Source of the DNA: an uncultured delta proteobacterium
GTDB lineage: Bacteria; Myxococcota; UBA727; VGSZ01
Assembly (NCBI GenBank): GCA_963775425.1
Contig: CAVZJB010000009.1
Coordinates: 272,616 to 336,615, forward strand
DNA length: 64,000 nt
Direction: 5' to 3'
Positions 21,155-31,433 of this stretch are shown one piece after another. The notes under the pieces are model-generated. The model made no database searches. It was given only the letters and a program-made list of their open reading frames with translations, and had not been told where the DNA came from. The translations under genes and the position numbers were made by a program. The number at the start of each line of letters is the position of its first letter. Position 1 is the first letter of the stretch.

Positions 21155-22690
21155 TCACGGGCCGACCTCGACGGCGCCCGCGGTGCACGACGACGCCTCG
21201 CGCGGGTGCCCGAGCGCGTCCGCCGCGGGGCAGTCCGCGCCCGCGCCGACGGCGGGGGAGCCCGCGGCGGGCGCGCGCACGGGGACGACGCCGCTGTCGT
21301 CGATGTCGCTGAGGGTGACGTCCTTTACCGTGACGTCCGGTGCGCACAGCGCGTCGGGGTCGTCGCTGCCGCCGCCGCTGCGCTCGACGGGGAACTGGAA
21401 GCTGCCGGCGCCGCCGTCGAGGGCGGTGGTGCAGCTCACGGGGTTGAAGCCGTTGCCCGCGACCGAGTCGAGGACGAGCGTGTTCCTCATCGTCACGCCG
21501 GCGCCGTTGCCGACGATGGCGCCGCCGAACGCGACGTCGCCGGGTGCGGCGTTGCCGGCGAAGGTGCAGTTGACCACGGCGCCGCCGAGGACGCCGTCGA
21601 GGAAGACGCCGCCGCCAAGGCCGGCGCTGGCGGTGTCGTCGAGGAAGCTCGTGTTTTCGAGGTTCACCGTGGCGCCCGGGCCGAAGTACGCGCCGCCGGC
21701 GGCGCGCGCGGTGCAGCCGACGACGGTGGAGGCGCTCATGGTGACGACGGTGCCCTGCAGGTAGAGGCCGCCGGCCATGGAGGGGTCGTGGTCGTCGATG
21801 ACGGCGCCATCGACGACGGTGCGGTCGATGTCGGTGGGCTCGGTGAAGTCGTACGCGACGCGAAAGACGGCACCGCCGAAGGCGTTTGCCCTGGAGCGCG
21901 TGATGTGGACGCCGCAGAGCGTGACGCTGCGGCCCTCGCCGTCGATGGAGAGGGTGCCGCCGTTGCCGCCGTCGCCGGGGTTTCCGCCGGTGCCGGTGGC
22001 CTGGTTGTCGTCGAAGTCGGAATTGACGACGACGAGGTCGTTGCCGAGGTTGCCGAGCGCCCCGCCGTTGCTGCAGCGGTTGCCCGAGAAGGTGGTACCG
22101 ACCACGGTGGTGAAGCCGCCGCCCTCGGAGAAGATGGCGCCGCCCGCGGTGTCCTGGCCGTCGACGTTGCCGACGTCGTCGACGAAGGAGCAGGCGATGA
22201 CGTCGAGGGTGCCGCCGACGCGGGCGATGGCCGCGCCGCCGCCGCCGAGGTCGGTGCCGGACGCGCTGCCGTCGGCGAAGCCGAGGCGCTGGACGACGAC
22301 GTGGGGCGTGTCGCGGTCGAAGGTGGAGTCGATGCGCAGGATGCGCGTGCTGCCGCCGCCGGAGAGCGTGACGGTGCCGCCGCCGTCGATGACGACGTCC
22401 TCGGTGAGGACCTTCTCGGCGGTGACGGTGACGGTGACGGGGGCGGGGCCGCAGTCGAAGCGGATCTTGGCGGCGTGCTGCCCGAGGGCGGCGTCGAGGG
22501 CGGCCTCGGTGCAGGAGGCTGCGCCGCCGTCGCCGACGACGACGGCGTCGCCGACCTCGACGGGCTCGAGCGGGGCGGGACAGACGACGGCGGCCCCCGC
22601 GCCCGGCGAAGGCGGAGGCGAAGGCGCCGGCCCGCAGGCGATTGCGAGGGCGGTGGCGAGCAGGCCGGCGGCGGAGCGGGCGAGCGGCAT
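21155..22690 (-). CDS. Lipoprotein with right-handed parallel beta-helix repeats (pectate-lyase-like fold)
   Basis: Lipobox LAIAC. Repeated GGA(I/V)...N..F.GN turns. Confidence 0.6.
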   Translation of the reverse strand: MPLARSAAGLLATALAIACGPAPSPPPSPGAGAAVVCPAPLEPVEVGDAVVVGDGGAASCTEAALDAALGQHAAKIRFDCGPAPVTVTVTAEKVLTEDVVIDGGGTVTLSGGGSTRILRIDSTFDRDTPHVVVQRLGFADGSASGTDLGGGGAAIARVGGTLDVIACSFVDDVGNVDGQDTAGGAIFSEGGGFTTVVGTTFSGNRCSNGGALGNLGNDLVVVNSDFDDNQATGTGGNPGDGGNGGTLSIDGEGRSVTLCGVHITRSRANAFGGAVFRVAYDFTEPTDIDRTVVDGAVIDDHDPSMAGGLYLQGTVVTMSASTVVGCTARAAGGAYFGPGATVNLENTSFLDDTASAGLGGGVFLDGVLGGAVVNCTFAGNAAPGDVAFGGAIVGNGAGVTMRNTLVLDSVAGNGFNPVSCTTALDGGAGSFQFPVERSGGGSDDPDALCAPDVTVKDVTLSDIDDSGVVPVRAPAAGSPAVGAGADCPAADALGHPREASSCTAGAVEVGP

Positions 22691-22825
22691 GGGACGACGC
22701 TACTGCGCGGCCGGGGCGACCGGGATCACAGGCCGGACCCGGCCGACACGGATCCGGGCGGGTGGCGCCAAGCCCCGGGCAAGTCCGCGCGGCAGCCCCG
22801 CGCCAACCCCCATGAGGTCCTTTCC

Positions 22826-23614
22826 ATGTCCATGAACGTCCTCGGCCAAAGCGAACGCCCGGCAGGCGCCCTGGCGCTCCCGCTGGCCATCACCGCCCTG
22901 CTCGCGCTCGCCGCTTTGTCGGCCCCCGGCTGCATCGTCTACGACGACCGCGGCGGCGGCAACGACTGGAGCTGGAACGGCGGCGACTGCGGCGCGTGCA
23001 CCGCGAGCGACGACGCCGACGGCGACGGCCTGCCGGACGCCGACGAGCCCGGGTGCAACCTCGACCCCAACAACCCCGACACCGACGGCGACGGCGTCCT
23101 CGACGGCGACGAGGACCTCGACGGCGACGGCTTCACCACGTCGCAGGAGCTGGCCTTCGGCTCCAACTGCGCCGACGGCAGCGACTTCCCCGGCAGCGCC
23201 GGCGAAGGCGAGGGCGAGGGCGATGTCGACGGAGACGTCGACCAGGACGGCGACGGCATGACGGCGAGCGAAGAGGACGAGTGCGGCACGAGCGACTGGT
23301 TCTCGGACAGCGACAACGACGGCGTGCTCGACGTCGACGAGGACCTCGACGGCGACGGCTACAGCAACGCCTGGGAGATCGCGGCCGGGACGAGCTGCTG
23401 GGATCCGACGAGCCACCCGCCGGCGGGCAGCCAGCCCCCCGACGGCGTCGACCCGCCGCCCGCGGACAGCGACCAGGACGGCGTGTCCGACGCCGACGAG
23501 GCCGCCCGCGGCACCGACCCCAACAACCCCGACACCGACGGCGACGGCCAGTGCGACGCCGCCGAGATCGAGTGCGGCAGCTCTCCGCTCGACCCGTTCA
23601 TCACCTGCACCTGA
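22826..23614 (+). CDS. Lipoprotein with thrombospondin type-3 Ca-binding repeats
   Basis: ATG at 22826 with GAGG upstream. Lipobox LSAPGC. Multiple DxDxDGxxDxxE repeats and a GEGEGEGD tract. Confidence 0.65.
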   Translation: MSMNVLGQSERPAGALALPLAITALLALAALSAPGCIVYDDRGGGNDWSWNGGDCGACTASDDADGDGLPDADEPGCNLDPNNPDTDGDGVLDGDEDLDGDGFTTSQELAFGSNCADGSDFPGSAGEGEGEGDVDGDVDQDGDGMTASEEDECGTSDWFSDSDNDGVLDVDEDLDGDGYSNAWEIAAGTSCWDPTSHPPAGSQPPDGVDPPPADSDQDGVSDADEAARGTDPNNPDTDGDGQCDAAEIECGSSPLDPFITCT

Positions 23615-23680
23615 CCCGGGCGGGCCGCGCCCCGCGAACAGACCGAGCGCCAGCCGCCAGCCGCCAGCCGTCAGCCGTCG

Positions 23681-24023
23681 TCACCGGCGGCGGCGGCGGC
23701 GGCGCATGGCGTCGACGTCGCGCAGGGCGGCGGCGAGGACCTCGGGATCGCCGGCGACGAGCCGCAGCCGGCGGGCCCGATCGAGCTTCTTCAGGGCGAC
23801 CTCGAGGCGGCGCGCCTTGGTCTCCGAGCGCAGCGGGTGCGCGAACGCGAGGGCGACCGGCCGCCGGCACCGCGTGTACGAGCCGCCGCGCCCCGCGTTG
23901 TGGGTGGCGAGGCGCTTGTCGAGAATCGTTGGTGACGCCGACGTAGAGCGAGTCGTCGGCGCAGCGTACGAGGTAGACGGTCCACACGCGCGCGGCGCTA
24001 GCGTCCTCGTCCCCGGCCCACAA
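23681..24023 (-). CDS. GIY-YIG nuclease family protein (UPF0213-like), frameshifted in this sequence
   Basis: N-terminal VWTVYLVRCADDSLYVGVTND is in one frame; LDKRLATHNAGRGGSYTRCRRPVALAF is in the -1 frame. One extra A/T at about 23924 (GAGAATCG). Confidence 0.55.
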
Positions 24024-24056
24024 GGCACGCCGCGCGGTTCACGCAAGAGACGGGCG

Positions 24057-27000
24057 TCAGGCCGCGGAGACGTCGACGCGGCTCTTGCCGCCGCCGAGCG
24101 GGACCACGCGGACCTGCGCGCCGATGCGCTCGGCGAGCGCGGGCAGGTGCGAGATGACGCCGATCTGCCGGCCGGTGGCGCGCAGCGCCTCGAGCGCCGC
24201 CAGCGCCGCCTCGAGGGTCTCCGGGTCGAGGCTCGAGAAACCCTCGTCGATGAACAGGGACTCCACCGGCGTCCGCGCCGCCGACAGCGCCGACAACCCC
24301 AGCGCCAAGGACAGCGACACCAAGAAGGTCTCTCCGCCCGACAGCGAGCCCACCGCGCGCGGCTCGTCGCCGCTTTCGCAATCGACGACGACGAGATCGA
24401 GGTCGAAGCGCGCGCGCTTGTCGCCGCCGCCGGCGCGCTCGAGGCGGTAGCGCGGCGCGAGCATCGCGAGCTGCGCGTTGGCGTGCACGAGCAGCGCGTC
24501 GAGCGTGAGGCTCTGCGCGAACACGCGGAAGCGCGCGCCGTCGGCGGAGCCAATCACGTCGCTCAAGCGCTCCCAGGTGAGCGCCCGTGCGCGCTGCGCC
24601 TCGAGCCTCGGGAGGAGCAGCCCCGCGCGCCGCCGCGCATCGTCGTCGCGCGCGAGCGCCGCGCGGGCGCCGGCCCAGCGCTCGGTCGCGACGGCGAGCG
24701 CCGCCCGCGCGTCGTCGACGGTGTCCGGCGCCTGCGCCGGCGCGCCCTCGCCGTGCGCCTGCGCCGCCGACGCGCGCTCCGCGAGCACGGCCTCCGCGCG
24801 GGCGACGGCGTCGTCGAGCGCGCGCACCGCGGCGCGGGCGCGCTCGAGGGCGCCGTCGTCGAGAGCGCAGGCGCGGGCGAGCGCGTGATCGTCGTCGACG
24901 TCGCTGACGTCGCTGACGTCGCTGACGCGCGGCCCGGCGGCGCCGAGGCCCCCGTCGGGGACGGCGGGCCCCCCTCGGGCGAGCCGCCCACCGGGGCGCG
25001 CCGCGCGGCGGGCCGCCTCGAGCGCGGCGCGGGCGTCGTCGTGCGCGCGGCGGGCGCGCTCGTCGCCGTCGAGGGCGCCGGCGCGCCCGGCCTCGGCCTG
25101 GCCGCAGCGCACCTCGGCGGCGGCCAGGGCGACGGCGGCCTCGGCCGCGGCGGCGCGCGCCTCGTCGAGGGCGGCGGTCAGGCGCCCGCGGACCTCGGCG
25201 ACCGACGCGCCGTCGAACAGCGCCGCGCGGGCCCGCAACAGCTCCGCCTCGTGCGCCCGCGCCTCCGCCGCGCGTGACGCCAGCGACGCCTCGCGCTCGG
25301 CGGCGGCGGCGCGGCGCTGCTCGAGCGCGCGCAGGGCGGGCTCGCTGTGCGCGAGCGCGGCCCGGGCGCGCAGCGCGATCTGCTGTTGCGCGCGCAGCCC
25401 CTCGACGCGCGGCTGCAGCGCGCGCAGCAAGGCGCGCGGCGAGGCGAGCGCATCGGCGGACGCGGCGCGCGCGTCCCCCTCCGCGCCGCCGTGCGGATCC
25501 AGGCGCGCGCGCAGAGACGCCGCGCGCTCGTCGCGGGCGACGACGCGGCCCTCGACGTCGTGCACGCGCAGGGCGAGGGCCTGCTCGTCCGCGGCGACCG
25601 CGGCCCCGGCGTCTGCCAACGCGCGCTCCATCGATCGGACGCGCTCGTCCGCGGCGCGCGCCCGGGCGAGCGCCGCGCGGCCGCGGGCGAGGGCGTCTTC
25701 GTCGAGGGCCGGCCCGCGCCGCTCGGCTTCGAGCCGCGCGACGTCCTCGTCGACGCGCGCCTGCTCGCCCGCCGCGTGCGCCAGCGCGCGCTCGATCTCG
25801 GCGGCGCGCGCCCGGGCCGCCGCGGCGCGCTCGCCCTGCCCACGCGCCGCGTCCTCGAGCGCCTCCAGCGGCGCGGCGGGCGCGTCGACCGCGGCGTCGT
25901 CCATCGGCGCGCCGTCGACGGCGGGGTGCGCGCGGCTCCCGCACAGCGGACACGGCTCGCCGTCGCGCAGCCGCGCGCGCCGCGCGCACGAGAGCGCCTC
26001 GCTCGCGCGGGCGCGCGCCTCGTCCGCGGCGCGCGCCTCGTCGACGGCGGCCGCGCGATCTGCGCGCAAGGCCGCGGCGCGGCTGAGCACACGCGCCCGC
26101 TCGGCGTCGAGCGCGCGGCGGTGCATCAAATCGGCCGCGGCCCCGGCGAGGATGCCGGCGGCGTCGTCGACGTCGCCGTCGCCCACCACCGCCGCGAGCG
26201 CCGCGCGCGCCTGGCCCAGCTCCGCGCCGGCGGCCGCGAGGCTCGCCGCCGCTTCGTCGCGCGCCGCGCGGGCCTCGTCCCGGTTGCGGGCCGCCGCGGC
26301 GGCGAACGCGCGCGCGCCCTCGAGCTCGGTGTCGAAGCGCGCGAGCTTGTCGAGGTCTGCCGCCAGCGCCTCCCACGACGGGATCAGCGCCACCAACGAC
26401 GGCTCGCGGGCGAGCACCTCTTCGGCGCGGTGGAGATCGCCGGCCGCCACCGCGCGGCTGACGGTCAGCTCGGCGAGCTCGCGCTCCACGCCGGCGAGCT
26501 CGTCCGCGGCGCGCGCGTGCGCGTCGACGGCGGCGGCGGTGCCGGCGCGCACGATCTGTTCGTCGAGCCGCAGCGCGCGCTCGAGCTCCGGCTCCGCGTC
26601 GGCGAGCACGCGGGCATGGTGGACGAACGCCTCGTCGGCGCGTGCGCGCCGCTCGCGCGCGCTGGCGACGTCGCCGCGCGCCCGTCGCTCGTCGTCACGC
26701 GCGCGCTCCGCCGCCCGCGCCGCACGCTCCGCCGCCGCCCGCGCCGCGCGCTCCGCCGCCGCGGGCGCCCGCAGCGGCCACACCCGCTCGAGCTCCGCGA
26801 GCTCCTGCGCCGCGGGGGCGCTCGCGCGGGCGCGCCGGGCGGCGTCGACGTCGACGGCCGCGGCTGCGGCGGCGCGCTCGAGCTCCAGCGCGCGCTCGTC
26901 GTGCCGCCGGCGCGCCTCGGCCGCCTCGAGCGCCCCTGCGGCGGCGGCGCGCGCGGCGTCGGCGTCGGCGTCGGCGCTCTCGAGGCACCGGCGCTCGTCG

Positions 27001-27688
27001 TCGCCGGCCGGCGGCATGGCGCGCAGCTCGTCCTCGAGGGAGCGCAGCGCGCGCGCCTCCTCCTTGCTGCGCTCGTGGGCCTGCACGGAGAGCGTCGAGT
27101 ACAGATCCGTGCCCGTGATCTTTTCGAGGAGCGCCGCGCGGTCGTCGGCGCGCGCCTTCAAGAAGCTCGCGAAGCCGCCCTGGGCGAGCAGCACCGAGCG
27201 GCAGCACTCGTCGAAGGTGAGGCCGAGGCGGGCGCGGATGTGCTCGAGCGTGTCCTCCTTGCCGTCGCCGGCGCGCTCGCCGGTGACGACGTCATGAAGC
27301 GTGAGCACCTCTTCCTGCAGGCGGCCGAAGGCCTGGCCGCGGGCGCGCCGCACCGTCCAGCGCGCGCGCCACACGCGCCCGTCGACGCCGCTGAAGTCCA
27401 CCTCGGCGAACGCGGTGGCGGCCATCCGGCGCACGAGGCTCTTGGGATCGTTGGCGCGCAGCGACGCGCCGTCCTTCTTGAGCGGAGATCCGCCGCGCCC
27501 CGACAGCCGCGGCGTGCGGTTGAAGAGCGCGAGGCACATCGCGTCGAGGAGCGTGGACTTGCCCGAGCCGACGGGGCCGGCGATGGCGAACAGGCCGAGG
27601 TGGCACAGCGGCGGCTGCGCGAGAATCGACGGCGAAGCCGCCCTTGAGCGACGCGAGGTTGGCGCCGCGGATGGCGAGGATCCTCACG
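24057..27688 (-). CDS. sbcC: Exonuclease SbcC (SMC-like ATPase), frameshifted near the 5' end in this sequence
   Basis: Long coiled coil, CPLCGS zinc hook, C-terminal ABC signature. The N-terminal VRILAIRGANLASLKGGF and Walker A GPVGSGKSTLLDAMCLALF lie in a different frame, separated by one extra base at about 27625 (GAGAATCG). GTG start overlaps the sbcD stop (GTGA). Confidence 0.85.
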
Positions 27689-28973
27689 GCCGCTCCCCCT
27701 CGTCGGCGGCCCTCGCCGGCACGGTGGACGGCGGCACCGTGGACGGCGGCACCGTCGACGACGGCGCGACGGCCTCCATCAGCTCGAAGAAGGCGCCGCG
27801 GATGTCGTCCGGGACGGCGCCGCCGTAGGTGCGCTCGTAGAGCCGCTCGAGCACGTGAACGGGCTCGATGTCCTGCAGCGAGGCGGCGGCGGCGACGTCG
27901 GCGAGGGGGCCGCCGTCGCCGGCGAGCGCCCGGTGCACGCGCACGAGCCGCACCGGCTTCCCCTCGAGCGCCGCCTCCACGCGCGCGCGCAGGTCGGGGC
28001 ACGGGGCGTCGAGCTTGACGCGCACCTCGAGGAGCGGCCGCGCGTCGACGGGGGCGTCCGGGAGATCGAGCGCGCGCAGGCGGGCGAGGACGTCGTCGAC
28101 GCCGGCGGCGGCCTCGGGGACGCGCAGCAGGTCGACGGCGCGCGGGACGAAGAGCGGGCGGACGCGGGCCTCGGGGAGGTCGACGACGAGCACCTGGTGG
28201 CGGTAGGCGCGCTCGGTCATCGACAGCGGGATGGGCGAGCCGCTGTAGCGGACGTTGTCGCGGCCGGCGACGTCCTGCGCGAGGTGGAGGTGGCCGAGCG
28301 CGACGTAGTCGACGTCGTCGGGGAAGATGTCGGCGGGGAGCGCGTGGACGTTGCCGAACACGGGGCGCTCGCTGTCCTCCGTGAGGCGCCCGCCCTGCAT
28401 GTGGCAGTGCCCGAGCGCGACGAGCGACTGCCCGGGGTGGCGCCGCGCGCGCGCGTGGTCCAGCACGCGGGCGTAGGCGTCGGCGACGCCGGCGACGACG
28501 GCGTCGCTGACGTCGGCGGGCTGGGGCGCGAGGTCCGCCATGCGCAGGAAGGGCAAGGCGGCGCACCACGCCTCGACGTCGCCGCCGTCACCGGTGAGCG
28601 GAACGACGCAAGACGCCGCGTCCACCTCGCCGGACGCGCGGGGCAGGGCCCCAACGACGTGCACGTCGAGCTCGCGCAGGATGGGGCCGGGCGCATCGAG
28701 GCGCGGCGCGGCGTCGTGGTTTCCGCCGATGACGACGATGTCGAGCCGCGGGAAGCGGCGCCGCGCCTCGGCGAGCCAGCGGTAGTACTGCGACTGCGCG
28801 GACGCGGGGGCGTTGCCGGTGTCGAAGACGTCGCCGCAGACGACGACGGCGTCGGCGCGCTCGTCCTCGATGCGATCGAGCAGCCACGCCATGAAGCGCT
28901 GGTGCTCCACGGCCCGCGAGAAGCCGCCGAGGGTCTGCCCCAGGTGCCAGTCGCCGGTGTGGATCAGCCGCAA
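27684..28973 (-). CDS. sbcD: Exonuclease SbcD (Mre11-like phosphoesterase)
   Basis: MRLIHTGDWHLG and GNHD motifs. TTG start. Contains a 15-nt x3 tandem repeat encoding PSTVP. Confidence 0.85.
   Translation of the reverse strand: MRLIHTGDWHLGQTLGGFSRAVEHQRFMAWLLDRIEDERADAVVVCGDVFDTGNAPASAQSQYYRWLAEARRRFPRLDIVVIGGNHDAAPRLDAPGPILRELDVHVVGALPRASGEVDAASCVVPLTGDGGDVEAWCAALPFLRMADLAPQPADVSDAVVAGVADAYARVLDHARARRHPGQSLVALGHCHMQGGRLTEDSERPVFGNVHALPADIFPDDVDYVALGHLHLAQDVAGRDNVRYSGSPIPLSMTERAYRHQVLVVDLPEARVRPLFVPRAVDLLRVPEAAAGVDDVLARLRALDLPDAPVDARPLLEVRVKLDAPCPDLRARVEAALEGKPVRLVRVHRALAGDGGPLADVAAAASLQDIEPVHVLERLYERTYGGAVPDDIRGAFFELMEAVAPSSTVPPSTVPPSTVPARAADEGERP
27721..27780. repeat. 15-nt tandem repeat (caccgtggacggcgg x3, plus one degenerate copy) inside the sbcD 3' end
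   Basis: Seen directly in sequence; encodes (PSTVP)n. Confidence 0.6.
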
Positions 28974-29106
28974 CGCGCCCTCCTATGAGGACATCCGCGC
29001 GACCCCCTCGAAATTTGCGCCGGATCCGCCACAGCGCCTGTAAATCTGATCCACGCCGCTCATTTTTGGAAGCGTGAAAGTGACCGGCGGGCTACCGGCG
29101 CCCGGC

Positions 29107-30282
29107 TCACCGCTCGTTCCAGTCCTTGGTGCCGTCGTCGGCGACGGCCCAGGTGCCGACCCAGCGCTTGCGCGCCTCGTCGATGACGCTCAGGTACTGC
29201 TCCGACTCTTCCTCCACCTGCCGCAGCACGGCGACGCTGCCGCTTTGGCGATCGCGGACGACGGTGAGGAGGCCCTTGTTGTCGAGCCGCGTGATGCTCG
29301 AGCCGGAGTTGTCGCGCACGGCGTGCAGCAGGGTCTTGGCGCCCGGGATGGAGCGGAGCTCGGCCACCGAGAGCTTCTCGAGGGAGCCGTCCTTGAGGCC
29401 CTTGTCGAGGTCAAAGGCGCCGTCGGCCCTCGAGAAGCGCTTGCCCCACGCGCTGCGGACCGCCTTGGTCTTGGTCGACGGCTGCTTGCCCGCGTCGCCG
29501 TAGTCGTTGACCTCGTCGAGGGTGACGTCGAGGGTGAGGAAGGGCTTTCGGGCGTTGCCCTTGACGAGCCCGATCTTCTCCGTACCCGCGCGCAACAGCG
29601 AGCCCGCGTCCGCCGACGAAAAGCCGCTCATCCCGTTGTCTCGTTGGATCCACGTGTCCGCGGGGAGCTTGCCCTCGCGCGGCGAGACCACGAGCCAGTA
29701 GGGCGGCAGGTCGGGGCGCGCGAGCGGCGGATCGAGGCGCGACGCGGTGATCATCACCTTGTCGGTGAGCGCGAGGACGACGTCCTTGGCGGTGGCGCCG
29801 GCGAGCGCCTCCTTGAAGTCGATGTCGACGGCGACGTGCCCGCGCGACTCCTTCACCGTCACGCCGGACACCGCCGTGCCCGCCTTCGACGGGATCTTGA
29901 GGCCCGTGATGCGCTCGTAGTCCGCGCGAAAGGCCTGCGGCAGGAAGCGGGCGGACTGCGGCGTCAAGACGCCGCCCGTCGCCTTGGCCGCCTGCTCCGC
30001 CGCCTCCGTCGCCAGCGCCGCGTCGGTGTCGTACGCCTTCGACAGCGGGAGCGCGCCGCGCGCGGTGTCCTCGATGGCCTTGAGGTTGTCGAAGATGAGC
30101 GCGACGTCGGGATCGCGCTGCTTCGCCGACGCCTCGAAGTGCAGCTTGCTCGACAGCGATCGCGCGCCGACGCCCTGCGCGAGCGGCCCGACGATGCCTT
30201 CGAAGAGCTGCCGGTGGGCCTGGCCGAACGCGGAAGGGGAGAGAGACTTCAGACCCATGGAATGTGCCTCCGGGACGTACAT
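29107..30282 (-). CDS. Hypothetical protein
   Basis: 391-aa ORF of normal composition with no recognisable motifs. Confidence 0.45.
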   Translation of the reverse strand: MYVPEAHSMGLKSLSPSAFGQAHRQLFEGIVGPLAQGVGARSLSSKLHFEASAKQRDPDVALIFDNLKAIEDTARGALPLSKAYDTDAALATEAAEQAAKATGGVLTPQSARFLPQAFRADYERITGLKIPSKAGTAVSGVTVKESRGHVAVDIDFKEALAGATAKDVVLALTDKVMITASRLDPPLARPDLPPYWLVVSPREGKLPADTWIQRDNGMSGFSSADAGSLLRAGTEKIGLVKGNARKPFLTLDVTLDEVNDYGDAGKQPSTKTKAVRSAWGKRFSRADGAFDLDKGLKDGSLEKLSVAELRSIPGAKTLLHAVRDNSGSSITRLDNKGLLTVVRDRQSGSVAVLRQVEEESEQYLSVIDEARKRWVGTWAVADDGTKDWNER

Positions 30283-30382
30283 GTAGGTCTTCGGAGCAAA
30301 TCTTCCGAAGTTGCGCGATCCCGGGGATTTCCCCTGCTGCGTCGGACGCTTGGACGATGTCTTGCCCGCCGGCGCCGCCTGG

Positions 30383-31381
30383 TCAGATGCGGTAGCCGAA
30401 CGCCCGCAGGACGTCGACGTGGTAGGTGTGCCGCGACTCGGCGGCGCCCTTCTTCACGACGTAGCGGCCGCCGTCGGCGGGGTCCCAGCGCACGCTGTCG
30501 ATGTCGTGGCCGCCGCGCTTGAGCGCGTTTTCGATGAGGAATGCCGCGAGGACGTCGGGCTTGTCGTAGTGCTGCACGCTGCCGCCGACGTCGAGCTTGT
30601 AGCGTCCCGCGTCGAACGACACCGGCCACGGCAGGCTCAAGGTCTCCCGGGAAAAGAGGTTGAGCACGTGCGAGCCGCGCAGCGTGCAGGGGCGGCCGCG
30701 GTTGAGCTCGAGGTCTTCCTTGTAGTGCACGCCGACGTGGCGATAGGTCTCCTCGGCCGCCGCCTGCATCGCCTCGAAGCCGCCCGCCGCGTAGTCGGAG
30801 CGCTTGGTGGTCTGGGCCCAGTAGCTGAGCTGGTAGGTGTCGTAGGGGTGGTCGCCGGCGCCGACCTTGAGCGCGCGCACCTCGTCGGCGGTGACGTTGC
30901 CGCGGCGGAGCAGCTCGCGCATGGCGTGGTCGATGTCGATGCTGCGGTTCGTCGAGAAATTCGCGAGCGCGGCCTTGGCGTCAGGCGTGGTCCTGGCCGC
31001 GAGCAGCGCGGCGAAGACGCTCACGCGCTGCTTGCCCGAGACCCCGCTGCCCTTGCCCACCTCGCTCAGCACGGCGAGCGCGTCCTTGAGGTCGACGATG
31101 CCGTCGTCCTTCTCGAGCTTGTCGAGGAGCTTGGCGGGCTTGCCGCGCAGCGCGGTGAGGAACACCTCGAGCGCCTCCTTGTCCTTGGGCGCGCCCGCCT
31201 GCGTCTTCACGCCCTCGAACGTGTCGAACAGGTCCTTGCGATCGGTGTCGCTCAAACGGCCGATGTCGCCGACGAGCCCGGCGACCTCGGACGTGCTGTT
31301 CTTCCCGTCGGCGACCATCTCGCGCGCGCGGCGCAAAACGTCGACCACAGGCGGGCTCAGCGAAGAAGGGATCTGGGACAC
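30383..31381 (-). CDS. Hypothetical protein (GTG start with GGAGG RBS)
   Basis: In-frame GTG at 31379-31381 lies 5 nt downstream of GGAGG. The upstream Arg-rich extension of ORF 30383..31885 was rejected. Confidence 0.5.
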   Translation of the reverse strand: MSQIPSSLSPPVVDVLRRAREMVADGKNSTSEVAGLVGDIGRLSDTDRKDLFDTFEGVKTQAGAPKDKEALEVFLTALRGKPAKLLDKLEKDDGIVDLKDALAVLSEVGKGSGVSGKQRVSVFAALLAARTTPDAKAALANFSTNRSIDIDHAMRELLRRGNVTADEVRALKVGAGDHPYDTYQLSYWAQTTKRSDYAAGGFEAMQAAAEETYRHVGVHYKEDLELNRGRPCTLRGSHVLNLFSRETLSLPWPVSFDAGRYKLDVGGSVQHYDKPDVLAAFLIENALKRGGHDIDSVRWDPADGGRYVVKKGAAESRHTYHVDVLRAFGYRI

Positions 31382-31433
31382 ATCTACCTCCGGGGCTCGA
31401 GCGTAGGTCGCGTGGCCGCGCCCCGTCGACGGG

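Noticed and set aside
23651-23680. 7-bp tandem repeat gccagcc x4
   Set aside because: A short low-complexity tract just downstream of the GIY-YIG gene stop, with no evident function.
27292-28569. ORF 27292..28569 (-) as an independent gene
   Set aside because: Only its first ~20 codons (the SbcC N-terminus) are real. The rest is the sbcD region read in the wrong frame.
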